From: a virus
Lineage: Duplodnaviria; Caudoviricetes
Direction: 5' to 3' (one strand)
Length of the DNA stretch: 64,000 bases
IMG/VR virus record: IMGVR_UViG_3300008111_000023
Coordinates: 12,183-76,182 of that record
Below, one piece after another: positions 11,501 to 22,237 of this stretch. The translations under genes were made by a program, and so were the position numbers. Every line of letters starts with the position of its first letter. Position 1 is the first letter of the stretch. The notes under the pieces were generated by a model. The model did no database searches, was not told the origin of the DNA, and was given only the letters and a program-made list of their open reading frames with translations.

Positions 11501-14500
11501 TAATTCAAATTAGAGAATATACTTCAACGGCTATTAATTTTATACCACCGACTCCAACTAAGTTGGGATTATATAAAAAATATACTCCCAGAAAATTTGT
11601 TGACGATACGTATGTGGACCCAAAAGAAGTAATTCAAGGACACGACGGAAGCATAACAATTGCCTACGGCGATTTTAGAGATGACGTTTTATTAGAATTA
11701 GAAACTCGAATTTACAACAATATCAAACAAGAATATAACGAGTCTATAATCAACATCGATAATATTCTAGGCGGATATTATGGAAATGCACTCTATGGAA
11801 AACCAGCATTAGATAAAATTATTTCTTCAGAATTTTTAAATTGGATTTCTGGAACAAATATTGATTATGTAAACAATTTATATTTCGACAGTGAAAATAG
11901 TTTTACATATACCTATAGTAATATGGTAGATCCAACAGGCACTCAAAACTTGCCAGGATACTGGAAAGGTGTTTATAGTTGGTTTTACGATACATACAGG
12001 CCACACACAAATCCTTGGGAAATGTTAGGCTTTAGTGAAAAACCATTATGGTGGGAAACTGAATACGGTCCTGCCCCGTATACAAGCAATAACCTAATTC
12101 TTTGGGAAGATCTTAGAGACGGTATTATTCGTCAAGGAGAAAGAGCAGGTACTAGAGATAGATACAAGCGTCCATCGATCATGAGTCACATTCCTGTAGA
12201 TGGCGATGGCAAATTGTTAAGTCCGTTAGATTCGGGATTGGCCGGTAATTTTTCTTTGATCAATAATCAAGGAGCATTCAAAATAGGGGACGATGCGCCA
12301 GTTGAAGCAGCCTGGAGAACAAGTTCAGAGTGGCCGTTTGCAATAATTTCTGCTCTTGCCCTATTAAAACCTTTTGAATTTATTACTGATAATTTTAATA
12401 AATCATTTATATCAACTAACAAGCTAGGTCAGACAATAAATTTAAAAACTAATTTATTTTCTACTTTTAATGATTTTGTCTATGAGAATACAACAGACAC
12501 TCCGGTTTCAGGATTAGTAGTTTATATTACAAACTATTTAAAAAGTACCGCTGCGTCAACAGCTACCTTAGAAGATATTGTTGGAAACATAAATGTAAAA
12601 TTATCTAACAGAATTTCTGGTTTTGTTGATCAGCAACAACAAAAATATATTTTAGATAGTAAAAATCCTAGATCTACATCTAATAGTGTTTTTATTCCGC
12701 CAGAAAATTATGACATTATTTTTAACGTTAGTTCGCCAATTTTCAATTTATCCTATAGCGGAGTTATTTTAGAAAAAGTTAATACCGGATGGAAAATTTC
12801 AGGATACGACAATTCGACTCCGTTGTTTTACTATTACCAGCCAACTGATTCTCAATCTGATCCTTTAATTTCGGTTGGCGGTCTAAGTGAAAATTTCTTA
12901 GATTGGACTGAAAACACATTCTACGGCAACGGTGTAATTTGCAGATTTAAAGATAAATTCTATAGATGTCTTAGTAGCCATACGAGCTCAACTGAATTTT
13001 TAGAAAGCACAAACGGTTTAAATATTTGGAAACAACTACCGTCGTTGCCGTTAAATGGTGCAGTAGAAGCATTTAGAAGAAGAAATTTTAATAAATTAAA
13101 ACTTAAAACTCTGTCATATGGTACTATATTAACCAGTATACAACAGGTAGTTGATTTCTTGTTAGGCTATCAAGAATATCTTAAATCTGTTGGATTTATA
13201 TTTGACGGATATGATAGAAATTCTTCAACATCATTTGATTGGTATACTTCTGCTAAAGAATTTATGTTCTGGTCTAAGCACAATTGGGCTGAAAATTCTT
13301 TACTTACACTTAGCCCTTCAGCAACTTACATAAAAATTAAATTTAATATCGGTGTAGTTGATAACATTTTAGACAGTTTCTATGATTACCAAGTTTTGAA
13401 AAATGACGGAAATCCTCTACAGCCTAGATTTATTAATGTTAATAGAGACTTTCAAGAAATCGTAGTATCTACTACAAATACTACAGACGGAATATATTTT
13501 TTAAGAATGCACTTCGTACTTAAAGAGCATGTAGTAGTATTTGATGATCGAACAGTGTTTAACGACATACTCTATGACAAGCCAACTGGTTATCGTCAGG
13601 AACGAATTAAGAGTCGTGGATTCCGCACAGTTGACTGGGACGGTGATTACACCAGTCCTGGATTCTTGTTTGACAATGTTAATATTGATGTTTGGCAACC
13701 ATTTACAGATTATAAATTAGGCGATATTGTTGCATATAAATCTTATAATTGGACCAGCAAAAAAACTCAGTTGGGTTCTGCAGAATTTCAAGATGCGTTT
13801 TGGTCAAAATTAGATTCTACTCCTAGTAAATCGTTGGTGCCTAACTTTGATTATAAAATAAATCAGTTTAGCGACTATTACGAAGTGAACACCGACGGCG
13901 TTGGGTCTAGTCAACGAGATCTTGCAAGGCACGCAATTGGTTATCAGCAACGAGAATATTTGCAAAATATTGCAGAAGATGAAATTAGTCAGTTTAGAAT
14001 ATATCAAGGATTTATTAGAGAAAAAGGAACTGCAAATGCTATCGTTAAGGTATTTGACAAACTTAGCAGAACACAAGACGACAGCGTTGTATTAAAAGAA
14101 GAATGGGCATTTAAAATTGGAGAATTTGGAGGAACAAATCAGATAGATGATTTTGAATTTGAAATTAAAAAAGATAATCTTGTAATAAATCCTCAACCGA
14201 TACTATTAACTTACAGCACAAATTCATCTGTTGTTCTAGATCAATATTTAAGAATTAATTCTTCAAATTTTACAATCGCACCTACCCCGTTTACTACAGA
14301 TTTAAATCGCACATCGTACTATGACGGAGTCACTAGATCTGCAGGATACGTGAATACAAATCATGTTGATTTTGTTGTAAGAACAATAGACGATATTGTA
14401 AATTTAAACATTGCAGATGTTTATGAAAATGCTCATATATGGATAACGTTTTATAATAATTCTTGGACAGTATTTCGATATAATCAAGAAGTTGCACTAC

Positions 14501-17500
14501 GAGTAGAGTCTTTAATAAAGATAGATTCTAATGTAGAATTAACACTAAGTCGACTACACAATTTTAAAGTCGGCGATATTGTTGGTTTAAAATACATTGC
14601 TAATCTTACAGGCTTTTTTAAAATTACTGCAATTACAAATAAAACAATTACAGTAATTACTACTAGCACCAACGAACCTGAGATTGAAGATAGTACATCG
14701 GCAACTATTGGAATTTTTACAGTTGCAAGAAAAACAAATTATCAAGAGTTAGATCCGCAACAGGCCTCATTGTTATCTCTTTCAGCAAGGATTTGGGTAG
14801 ATGCAAATGAATCCGATAAATGGGAAGTTATTGAAAAAACCAAACAGTATACTACCTACGAATTAAGTGAATACGGAATCACAACCCCTGTGGGCACTGG
14901 CACATCGGTAGTCTATATTGATAACCTAAAACAAATTGCCACAGGCATTCCGGGATCGGGTTATGTAATGATTTATACAACCAAGGCTTCTGGTGAAGTT
15001 ATTGGCCTAAAACAAATTGTGCCACCGCCCGATGGATTTGAAACTGCGGTTGGAACATCGTTTGGAAAAGTATTAGCAGTTAGTCCGGATTACAAGTGGT
15101 TAGCTGTAGGATCTCCAAATGCCAGCGGAGTAAAGAGTGCATATCAAGGCGAATTGTATCAATATAGAAGTTATCTTGCAGGCGAGATTGTGCTATATCA
15201 AGGAAAACTTTGGGAAGCCATTGATAACATTGATCTAGGTGACGGTAGTTCTATTAACTTTAACAGCGACGATTGGAAGCCAGCAACTATAGTTAACGCT
15301 AATCCTGCTGCCCGAGGCGACGGATTCACCGACCAGGGAATGATATCCTTGTACAAATACAGTCAAGGACAGTGGGAAATTGCCTACAGTTTTGTTAGTC
15401 CAAGACAAGCGGCCTACGAAGAATTTGGTTCAGCAATTACTATTGGTGTTTCTGGAACAACATATTATATGGCAGTATCTGCTCTAGGGTCATTATGTGA
15501 TCCTGCAGTAGGACCAAATACTGGTAAAGGAAGAATTTACCTTTATCAATACAACGGCACAGAGTGGAGACATTTAGAAAATACAAAGTACCTAGGAGTG
15601 TATCAACCATCACCCTTGGCATTTTATCCTGCTGGATCAATAGTATGGTCTAATGATAGTTTATGGGAAGCATTATACGACAACACCGGCGACGGCAGTT
15701 CGTTATCCTTAGAGTCAAGTGATTGGAAAAAATTAGATCCTATTTCTACGCAATGTTCGTTGCCAACAAATATTGCAATGGATGATGACGGTTCTACCCT
15801 AGCAGAAGGATTACTAAGTTCAACGCAGTTAGCCGAATTAGTTAAAGAAGGCGATCAGTTTGGTTTTTCTCTTACTATGAGTAGAGACGGACGTTTATTA
15901 GTTGTTGGCGCACCAAATAGTGACGGTCAATATTTTGCCAATTACCGAGGCGACTGGAATGTTTATCAAGAATATAAAGAAGGTGATGTTGTAAAATATC
16001 AAAACGGCTATCATAGATTAACCGACGCAACAACATCATCTATTACAAGTCTTGGACAATTTCCAGATGATGGATTACCTTGGTTAAATGTAGGAGATAG
16101 TGCATCTCCTTCTACGGGTAAAATTTACATCTACGAAAGAAATTCAAATGATTTGTACAGTCTAACACAGACAATTACCGCTGATTCTTTAAGCGATATA
16201 AACGATACTACGAATTCTGGGATTATTGGATCGGGGGACCAATTTGGATTTGCCATCGATATTGATGCATCGGGCACAACTATTGTAACAAGTAGTCCCT
16301 TAGCAGACATTAACAAACAGAATCAAGGAGCAGCATATGTTTTCAAACGGGATGCTACTCAATTTAGGCTAAAACAAAAATTACAAAGCTACGAATATTT
16401 TACAAACGAGTATTTTGGTTCTAGTGTTTCTATCAGTGCTGCAACTGAACGAATTGTAATTGGAGCAAAAAATGCCGGATATGCTGTTGATGCATATTTT
16501 ACCGATGGTACAACATTTGATAGAAGAAGAACCTCGTTCTCTTCTTCTAGAGGATTTCCTGGACAAGTCTATGTGTATGAGAGAAAAGATCAGGGATATT
16601 TCTTAGTTGAAAAATTAGAGGCTGAGTTAGTTTCTGGAGAGTCGTTTGGCTATTCTATCGATTGTACCAGTTCTGTAATTGTTGTAGGATCTCCTACCTA
16701 TCAAGTAGAAGGTGTAGCAGTTGGTATGGTTAGACTGTTTAAAAAATCACCCGAAACAAATAGTTTCAATGTAATTTCTCAAGAAACACCTTTAGTAGAT
16801 GTTGACTTGTTGCAAAATATTGAATTATATGATAATGTCAATAATAAAAAAATCACAGACCTTGATGTTGTTGACGGTTTTAAACTTAAAATATTAGGAG
16901 TTGCTGAACAAGAAATTTCCTATAAAACAATTTACGATCCTGCAATATACATGTTGGGTACTGACGACCAAGTAGTTGATGAATCACAACCGTGGTTTGA
17001 AAAAAATGTTGGAAAAATTTGGTGGGATTTAAGTACAGTTAAATTTATAAATTATGAGCAGGATGATTTTTCCTATAGAATAGGAAACTGGAATTCTCAA
17101 GTAGAAGGCTCTTCAATTGATATCTACGAATGGGTAGAATCTGTACTATTGCCATCGGAGTGGAGTTTGCTTGCCGATACTGTAGAAGGATTAGTTGAAG
17201 GTATTTCCGGCCAACCAAAATTTGCTGACGATACAGTTTACAATACTAAGATTTTGTACAATCCAAACACAGGATTAACTACTGGAACATTGTATTACTA
17301 TTGGGTTTCTTCAAAGACACTGCTCCCTGCTAATAATCCAAATAGACGAATTTCAGCATCAGCAATTGAAGATTTTATTAATAACCCAATTGGGTCTGGA
17401 ATTCCGTTTGTAGGGATATTAGGAACAGACAAATTTTTAGCCTATAATTTCCCAGCAGTTATTGGAACAGATACAGCACTGATAAATGTTGAATATACTA

Positions 17501-20500
17501 AAAATAAAAAACAATTAACACCAATTCATAGAGAGTATCAATTATTAACTAGCGGAGTTGCCGACAGTCTGCCTTCTGAATACTTAGAAAAGAAATGGAT
17601 TGACAGTTTAGTAGGATCAGACGAAGCTGGAAATGCAGTTCCTGATCCTAAATTGCCAGTTAAGAAACAACAAGGACTAAGTTTTAGGCCTCGACAAAGC
17701 ATGTTTGTTAATAGAGATAAGGCATTAAAGATTGCAATTGACAATATTAATTCTGTACTAATAACTAGACCTTTTGCTGACACGATTGATTTTAGTAATC
17801 TTAACAAATTTGATCCTATTCCTAGTGAAGTATTAAATCAATATGATTTAGCAGTGGATACCTATATTGATTTGGAACAAGTAGGAACAGTAAAAATTCG
17901 TCAGGCAGAATTTACCGCAAATATTATTAATGGTGAAATTGATACCATTGATATTTCAGATGCAGGGTTTGGATACCGAACAGCTCCTTATATTGAAATT
18001 CAAGGCGACGGAATTGGAGCAAAAGCATTCATTACTTTAAACGCACAAGGTAAAGTAAATTCTATTACATTAACGTCTAAAGGAAAAAAATATACAACAG
18101 CTATCGTAAAAATTAGACCGTTCTCTGTGTTGGTGCGAAACGATTCTACATTAAACGGATTTTGGAGTATATATGCTTGGGATCAACAACGTAAGATTTT
18201 TTATCGTAGTAAATCTCAAGGATACGATACTACCATTTATTGGGAATTTATCGATTGGTGGAAATTAGGATATTCTATAAATTCTAGAATTATTAAAGAA
18301 ATTACTAATATATACCAAGAACCAACTCTAGATCTTTCTGTGGGTGATCTAATCAGAGTTAAAGAATATGGCAATGGCGGATGGGTAATATTAGAAAAGA
18401 CAATAGAAGGTGACGGAAATCTGCTTGGAAATTATAATTTAGTTGGTCGTCAAAATGGCACAATACGGATTACCGATACTCTTTATAATCGGTTGATTAA
18501 CAGCCTTGGTTATGACAATGTCGGTTCTTATGATGCAGCATTGTATGATTTACAACCAACTAAAGAATTACGAATTATTTTACAAGCAGCAAAAGAAAAT
18601 ATATTTGTTGATGACCTAAGAGTTGAATGGAACAATTTATTCTTCTCTTCGGTAAAATATGCGTTCTCTGAACAGACTTATATTGATTGGGCATTCAAGA
18701 CAAGTTTCTTAAATGCAATTCATAATGTGGGCGATCTCGAACAGAAGACCAACTATAAAAACGATAATTTAGAAAGTTTTCAACAATACATAGAAGAAGT
18801 AAAACCCTATAGAACCAGCATTAGAGAATACACTAGTCGATATACTAAAACTGAGTCTTCTAATTCAGCGGTATCTGATTTTGATCTACCACCTGCATAT
18901 TCTGTTAGAGACGGTAAAATATTACCAGTAAATCAATATTATAATAGATTCAGTGAATATCCATGGAAGTCGTGGTTTGACAACAATGGATATTCTATAG
19001 TAGCAATTGAAGTTGCTAACGCAGGCGCTGACTATCGCACTCCGCCAACAGTATTAATTACAGGTAATGGTACTGGTGCTACGGCCCAAGCATTTATATC
19101 TAATGGTCGAGTGTCTGGAATTAGAGTTATTACTAATGGTAGTGGTTATACACAAACTCCAACAGTATCATTAGTAGGCGGCAACGGAACATCAATTAAT
19201 ATTGCTAGAGCTGTAGCAGTTCTTGGCGACACACCTGTTAGATCCTTTGATCTAACAATGAAGTTTGATAGAACAAATAAAATTGGTACTTATAATGATT
19301 TTGAATATTCACAAACTTTTATTGCTACGGGATATAGTTCAATATTTGATCTAAATTATGCTCCAACTAGAGATAAAGGAAAAATTACAGTAGTTAAAAA
19401 CAATCAGTTAGTAATTACCAATGAATATGAAATTAGTCTATATACTTCAACAATAGATACGTATGAATTATTAAAGGGTAAATTGAAATTTTTTACAAAT
19501 CCAAATGCAGGGGACGTAATTGTAATTAACTATGAAAAAAATACTGAATTGTTTAATAGCATAGATAGAATACGTAAATTTTATCAACCAACAGCCGGCA
19601 TGAAAGGTAATGATCTTGGTCAATTAATGACCGGAGTTGACTTTGGCGGTGTACAGGTGCAAGGTACAACTTTTGATGTTACTGGCGGGTGGGATGCTCT
19701 GCCATGGTTCACAGACAGTTGGGATAGTGTAGAATCTAGTAATGATTTTTATTATGTAGCAGATGGTAGCACAACATTTGTTGTCTTACCTTATACACCA
19801 GAAAACAACCAACCTATTTCGATCTATATTAAACGAGTTGGAGATCAACGTCCGATTAGAATTGATGATCCTAATTATACTCCTAGCTGGGATTCTAGTG
19901 TAGCAACTAATCCCAACGCCGAAATGCCAACATTCGTTGGAGATGGATCTACAAATATAATTGAAGTCCATCGATATTTAAGTACCAATTCTGGAGATAC
20001 ACTAATCTTTAGAAAATTAGAAAGTGACGGTTCTGTTGTTATTAGTGATGTAAATTTATTAGATACAAGAATTAGCGGCGGATCGTTATCGAACATTAAT
20101 GGCGCATATGTAACTGCCGCTGGATTAACTCCAGAAGAAATAGTTATAGACGGAGAAAAATTTATCAGTCCAGATCAAGTGCCGGCACCCGAAGAGAATA
20201 TTCCAGGCCAAGTACTTGATAGTTTAAGTATCAAGGTATTTAATAAAACCAATCCGGGTGCAGCCCCAATACAAAATAATGTTATTATTGGAGATGGTGT
20301 CAGAACTAGATTTACAATAGGATTATCCATCTTTGAAGCAACGTCGGTAATGGTATATGTTAATAAAGTTAAACAAGAATATATTGGTGATAGTACTATA
20401 AATTACACCATAGATTTTGTTGAAAATGAAATTGAATTTAATCTAGCACCAGCGTTGGGAGATGTTATTGAAATTATTGCTGTGGGTATAGGCGGTATAG

Positions 20501-22227
20501 GATTACTAGATTATCAAGAATTTGTAGCAGACGGTGAAACTAACTTATTTTTAACCAAAGCTGCATACGATCAAACATCAATAGTTTTAGTGACTGTAGA
20601 CGGAGTAGCTATAGACGTTGGTTTTGTCAACAGTTCAGATTTTATTGATACTAAAAATAAAACAATGATACAGTTCGGATTAACTCCTGCATTTAGACAA
20701 GTTGTAAAAATTATCTGTTTTGGTGCAGTCGAAGGTGCAGATTCGTTTAACTCTTCCTTTATTCGAATTAATCAACAAACAGTTCCGTATGATGGAAGTA
20801 CTAGGACCATAGCATTAGATAATTTTGTTAATTTAGAACAATCGTCGGCAGCTGCCTCAATTATAGTCAACGTTAATGGTACATATCTTCAAGGAGTTGA
20901 TACTACCTATATTGAATATGACGGTACTAATAACAATATATCAGTGGGTGTTGATCCTGCAGAAACAATTGGAACTATTACTTCTGGAAATGTCAAAGTA
21001 TACATTAATAATGTTCAACAACAATTTGTTATTGACTTTACCTATAACGGAAACAACAATTTAATTAATATACCTTCTTCAAATTTAGAATTAGGCGATA
21101 TAATCAGAGTTGAAACTAATGTTAGATCAAAATATTCGATTGTTGATGGAAATATTATATTAGATAATAGTGTTGATCTAGAGGTTAACGATGATATTCA
21201 AATAACATGGTTTAGCCAATATTCTACAATGAATATTATTTCAGACGAATACCAAGGCGGTAAATTGCAATACAAACTGCCAAGGGATCCTCTAGATGTT
21301 AATTATGTTTGGGTATATAAGAATGGAATTCGTTTAACTAAAGATGCAGATTATAGACTATCGCGGTCTTCTATTGTTTATCTAACTGAAGAGTCGTTAT
21401 CTACAGACACTATTAAAATTGTACAATTTAGTAACGTAATTTATTCAAGTAATAGGGCATTTGAAATATTTAAGGATATGTTAAACAACTATCATTATAA
21501 GAGATATTCTAGAGATGTTGAAGTTAAATTAGTTAAAGATCTAAATTATTTTGATACATCTATAGAAGTTTCAAACGCTGATAAATTATCAACTCCAATC
21601 TTTAGTAGACGAATTCCTGGAGTTGTTATTATTAATAATGAAAGAATTGAATATTTTGAAAAGAATGGAAATATTCTATCTCAATTAAGACGTGGAAGTT
21701 TAGGTACAGGAATTGCCGAATTACATCTAACAGGTAGTTTTGTAGTCGATGTTGGTGCAACCGAAACTCTTCCTTATACCGAAAATCAAGAGAAAGCCAA
21801 CTTTATCAGCGACGGTAGCACAATATTGATTGGACCACTAGATTATACTCCTCGCCAATCTACAAGAAATAATTGGTACAGAGAATCGATACCATCTAAT
21901 TTTGGTCCTTGCGACGAAATAGAAGTATTTGCGGGCGGTAAGCGCCTACGTAAAAATCCTATAGATGCCTATCAAGAAGATAACGGCGCTAGCAGCCCTG
22001 GTGCTGATATTATGCAAGAAGCTGAATTTTCAGTTAACGGAACAACTGCATATATTCGATTAACTGACTCAGTACCTGCAGGAACTCGAATAACAATCAT
22101 TAGAAAATTAGGAAAAATTTGGTATGAGAAAAGTGAATTTGCAGCCAGTAAAGGCATTACGTTGTTGTCTAACAACACACCTATTGCTAGTTTCATTGCT
22201 GTAAAGACCACTGAGCTGCCCGAATAA
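8503..22227 (+). CDS. Giant (4574 aa) virion structural/baseplate protein with beta-propeller and carbohydrate-binding-like repeats
   Basis: Uninterrupted 13.7-kb ORF after gp6. REKGTANAI motif (gp7-like wedge), FG-GAP-like repeats, several Y..GD.V.Y....W modules, G.GY...P.V repeats and C-terminal LSQLRRGSLGT. Confidence 0.8.
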   Translation: MADKFFPDSQLPIRKTLDLLPQIFQTEANSKFLAGALDPLVQPGVLEKKVGYIGKRYGKTYKPNEIYLDTDQTLRSRYQLEPGVVVETDGKIKNFYDYLDFKNQLKFFNNSEERDDLITAQEHYTWSPPIDWDKFVNYREYYWAPDGPPPIKILGQAQNITSTYRVGLGVGSVYIFTPDGLTNNPTLTLYRGQTYKFQVNVPGNPLLFRTTIDTGTLLYNPDFQYSKGQLVVFDSKLWKAKNNITGNDGSTIDENTDDWEFVDFTAVSSSALNYTKGITNSGIENGTITFEVPLNAPDVLYYQSFTDPNRFGRIIITNIEENTKIDVENEILGKATYTSSNNVAFSNGMIVYFIGKVFPEKYSSNTSNNKWVVEGVGEKISLTNVADLIVSTTFSDTAPEILFDNGGFDTQPFDDASAYPGKKDYITINRSSLDSNPWSRYNRWYHRAVLDYAHTLNNSNFDAPETTRAKRPIIEFKPNLQLFNHGSIAKAAVDYVDDFTTDVFSVIEGSTGYIVDGEYLFNGARLLITNDTDTLANNQIYIVNFITHNNVKQISLTRESNVDTQAGDGVLIRRGIKNKGVMYHFNGIDWVQSQLKTATNQEPLFDMFDDNEVSFGDAETYPVSSFVGTPILSYKIGSGPTDIELGFSISYLNIDNVGDIQFNFNIDADSFNYKLDNINYSKEISTGYLKFNNDESFINAWNTLDSNYVQPIIDSVDITESTNEITTTMVDWNLLDDKDIRKILVYLNGVHVRSGFTRTAGTFVFDKQFTVGDTVAIKLFADIDPNTGYYEIPLGLEKNPLNEKIKTFTLGQASDHLATGLELLEDFTGIFPGLNNLRDISGYQTLTRRFLKHSSPSPLSIALLCNKENNIIKSIQYAKKSYTDFKNNFITLAYEIYYDQTANDFVDSILEEISRTQDINRPFAGSDMIGSGAHTTINYTVEDTGIKTFALSEKFDLKSLSSRAVYVYFNNQQLLVNRDYEFNSTFGFVNLMINLTEGDVIQIREYTSTAINFIPPTPTKLGLYKKYTPRKFVDDTYVDPKEVIQGHDGSITIAYGDFRDDVLLELETRIYNNIKQEYNESIINIDNILGGYYGNALYGKPALDKIISSEFLNWISGTNIDYVNNLYFDSENSFTYTYSNMVDPTGTQNLPGYWKGVYSWFYDTYRPHTNPWEMLGFSEKPLWWETEYGPAPYTSNNLILWEDLRDGIIRQGERAGTRDRYKRPSIMSHIPVDGDGKLLSPLDSGLAGNFSLINNQGAFKIGDDAPVEAAWRTSSEWPFAIISALALLKPFEFITDNFNKSFISTNKLGQTINLKTNLFSTFNDFVYENTTDTPVSGLVVYITNYLKSTAASTATLEDIVGNINVKLSNRISGFVDQQQQKYILDSKNPRSTSNSVFIPPENYDIIFNVSSPIFNLSYSGVILEKVNTGWKISGYDNSTPLFYYYQPTDSQSDPLISVGGLSENFLDWTENTFYGNGVICRFKDKFYRCLSSHTSSTEFLESTNGLNIWKQLPSLPLNGAVEAFRRRNFNKLKLKTLSYGTILTSIQQVVDFLLGYQEYLKSVGFIFDGYDRNSSTSFDWYTSAKEFMFWSKHNWAENSLLTLSPSATYIKIKFNIGVVDNILDSFYDYQVLKNDGNPLQPRFINVNRDFQEIVVSTTNTTDGIYFLRMHFVLKEHVVVFDDRTVFNDILYDKPTGYRQERIKSRGFRTVDWDGDYTSPGFLFDNVNIDVWQPFTDYKLGDIVAYKSYNWTSKKTQLGSAEFQDAFWSKLDSTPSKSLVPNFDYKINQFSDYYEVNTDGVGSSQRDLARHAIGYQQREYLQNIAEDEISQFRIYQGFIREKGTANAIVKVFDKLSRTQDDSVVLKEEWAFKIGEFGGTNQIDDFEFEIKKDNLVINPQPILLTYSTNSSVVLDQYLRINSSNFTIAPTPFTTDLNRTSYYDGVTRSAGYVNTNHVDFVVRTIDDIVNLNIADVYENAHIWITFYNNSWTVFRYNQEVALRVESLIKIDSNVELTLSRLHNFKVGDIVGLKYIANLTGFFKITAITNKTITVITTSTNEPEIEDSTSATIGIFTVARKTNYQELDPQQASLLSLSARIWVDANESDKWEVIEKTKQYTTYELSEYGITTPVGTGTSVVYIDNLKQIATGIPGSGYVMIYTTKASGEVIGLKQIVPPPDGFETAVGTSFGKVLAVSPDYKWLAVGSPNASGVKSAYQGELYQYRSYLAGEIVLYQGKLWEAIDNIDLGDGSSINFNSDDWKPATIVNANPAARGDGFTDQGMISLYKYSQGQWEIAYSFVSPRQAAYEEFGSAITIGVSGTTYYMAVSALGSLCDPAVGPNTGKGRIYLYQYNGTEWRHLENTKYLGVYQPSPLAFYPAGSIVWSNDSLWEALYDNTGDGSSLSLESSDWKKLDPISTQCSLPTNIAMDDDGSTLAEGLLSSTQLAELVKEGDQFGFSLTMSRDGRLLVVGAPNSDGQYFANYRGDWNVYQEYKEGDVVKYQNGYHRLTDATTSSITSLGQFPDDGLPWLNVGDSASPSTGKIYIYERNSNDLYSLTQTITADSLSDINDTTNSGIIGSGDQFGFAIDIDASGTTIVTSSPLADINKQNQGAAYVFKRDATQFRLKQKLQSYEYFTNEYFGSSVSISAATERIVIGAKNAGYAVDAYFTDGTTFDRRRTSFSSSRGFPGQVYVYERKDQGYFLVEKLEAELVSGESFGYSIDCTSSVIVVGSPTYQVEGVAVGMVRLFKKSPETNSFNVISQETPLVDVDLLQNIELYDNVNNKKITDLDVVDGFKLKILGVAEQEISYKTIYDPAIYMLGTDDQVVDESQPWFEKNVGKIWWDLSTVKFINYEQDDFSYRIGNWNSQVEGSSIDIYEWVESVLLPSEWSLLADTVEGLVEGISGQPKFADDTVYNTKILYNPNTGLTTGTLYYYWVSSKTLLPANNPNRRISASAIEDFINNPIGSGIPFVGILGTDKFLAYNFPAVIGTDTALINVEYTKNKKQLTPIHREYQLLTSGVADSLPSEYLEKKWIDSLVGSDEAGNAVPDPKLPVKKQQGLSFRPRQSMFVNRDKALKIAIDNINSVLITRPFADTIDFSNLNKFDPIPSEVLNQYDLAVDTYIDLEQVGTVKIRQAEFTANIINGEIDTIDISDAGFGYRTAPYIEIQGDGIGAKAFITLNAQGKVNSITLTSKGKKYTTAIVKIRPFSVLVRNDSTLNGFWSIYAWDQQRKIFYRSKSQGYDTTIYWEFIDWWKLGYSINSRIIKEITNIYQEPTLDLSVGDLIRVKEYGNGGWVILEKTIEGDGNLLGNYNLVGRQNGTIRITDTLYNRLINSLGYDNVGSYDAALYDLQPTKELRIILQAAKENIFVDDLRVEWNNLFFSSVKYAFSEQTYIDWAFKTSFLNAIHNVGDLEQKTNYKNDNLESFQQYIEEVKPYRTSIREYTSRYTKTESSNSAVSDFDLPPAYSVRDGKILPVNQYYNRFSEYPWKSWFDNNGYSIVAIEVANAGADYRTPPTVLITGNGTGATAQAFISNGRVSGIRVITNGSGYTQTPTVSLVGGNGTSINIARAVAVLGDTPVRSFDLTMKFDRTNKIGTYNDFEYSQTFIATGYSSIFDLNYAPTRDKGKITVVKNNQLVITNEYEISLYTSTIDTYELLKGKLKFFTNPNAGDVIVINYEKNTELFNSIDRIRKFYQPTAGMKGNDLGQLMTGVDFGGVQVQGTTFDVTGGWDALPWFTDSWDSVESSNDFYYVADGSTTFVVLPYTPENNQPISIYIKRVGDQRPIRIDDPNYTPSWDSSVATNPNAEMPTFVGDGSTNIIEVHRYLSTNSGDTLIFRKLESDGSVVISDVNLLDTRISGGSLSNINGAYVTAAGLTPEEIVIDGEKFISPDQVPAPEENIPGQVLDSLSIKVFNKTNPGAAPIQNNVIIGDGVRTRFTIGLSIFEATSVMVYVNKVKQEYIGDSTINYTIDFVENEIEFNLAPALGDVIEIIAVGIGGIGLLDYQEFVADGETNLFLTKAAYDQTSIVLVTVDGVAIDVGFVNSSDFIDTKNKTMIQFGLTPAFRQVVKIICFGAVEGADSFNSSFIRINQQTVPYDGSTRTIALDNFVNLEQSSAAASIIVNVNGTYLQGVDTTYIEYDGTNNNISVGVDPAETIGTITSGNVKVYINNVQQQFVIDFTYNGNNNLINIPSSNLELGDIIRVETNVRSKYSIVDGNIILDNSVDLEVNDDIQITWFSQYSTMNIISDEYQGGKLQYKLPRDPLDVNYVWVYKNGIRLTKDADYRLSRSSIVYLTEESLSTDTIKIVQFSNVIYSSNRAFEIFKDMLNNYHYKRYSRDVEVKLVKDLNYFDTSIEVSNADKLSTPIFSRRIPGVVIINNERIEYFEKNGNILSQLRRGSLGTGIAELHLTGSFVVDVGATETLPYTENQEKANFISDGSTILIGPLDYTPRQSTRNNWYRESIPSNFGPCDEIEVFAGGKRLRKNPIDAYQEDNGASSPGADIMQEAEFSVNGTTAYIRLTDSVPAGTRITIIRKLGKIWYEKSEFAASKGITLLSNNTPIASFIAVKTTELPE

Positions 22228-22230
22228 ATA
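22225..22230 (+). promoter_or_regulatory. Putative late promoter (TAAATA)
   Basis: Overlaps the stop codon of the giant gene and sits 7 nt before the next ATG. Confidence 0.5.
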
Positions 22231-22237
22231 CACTATT

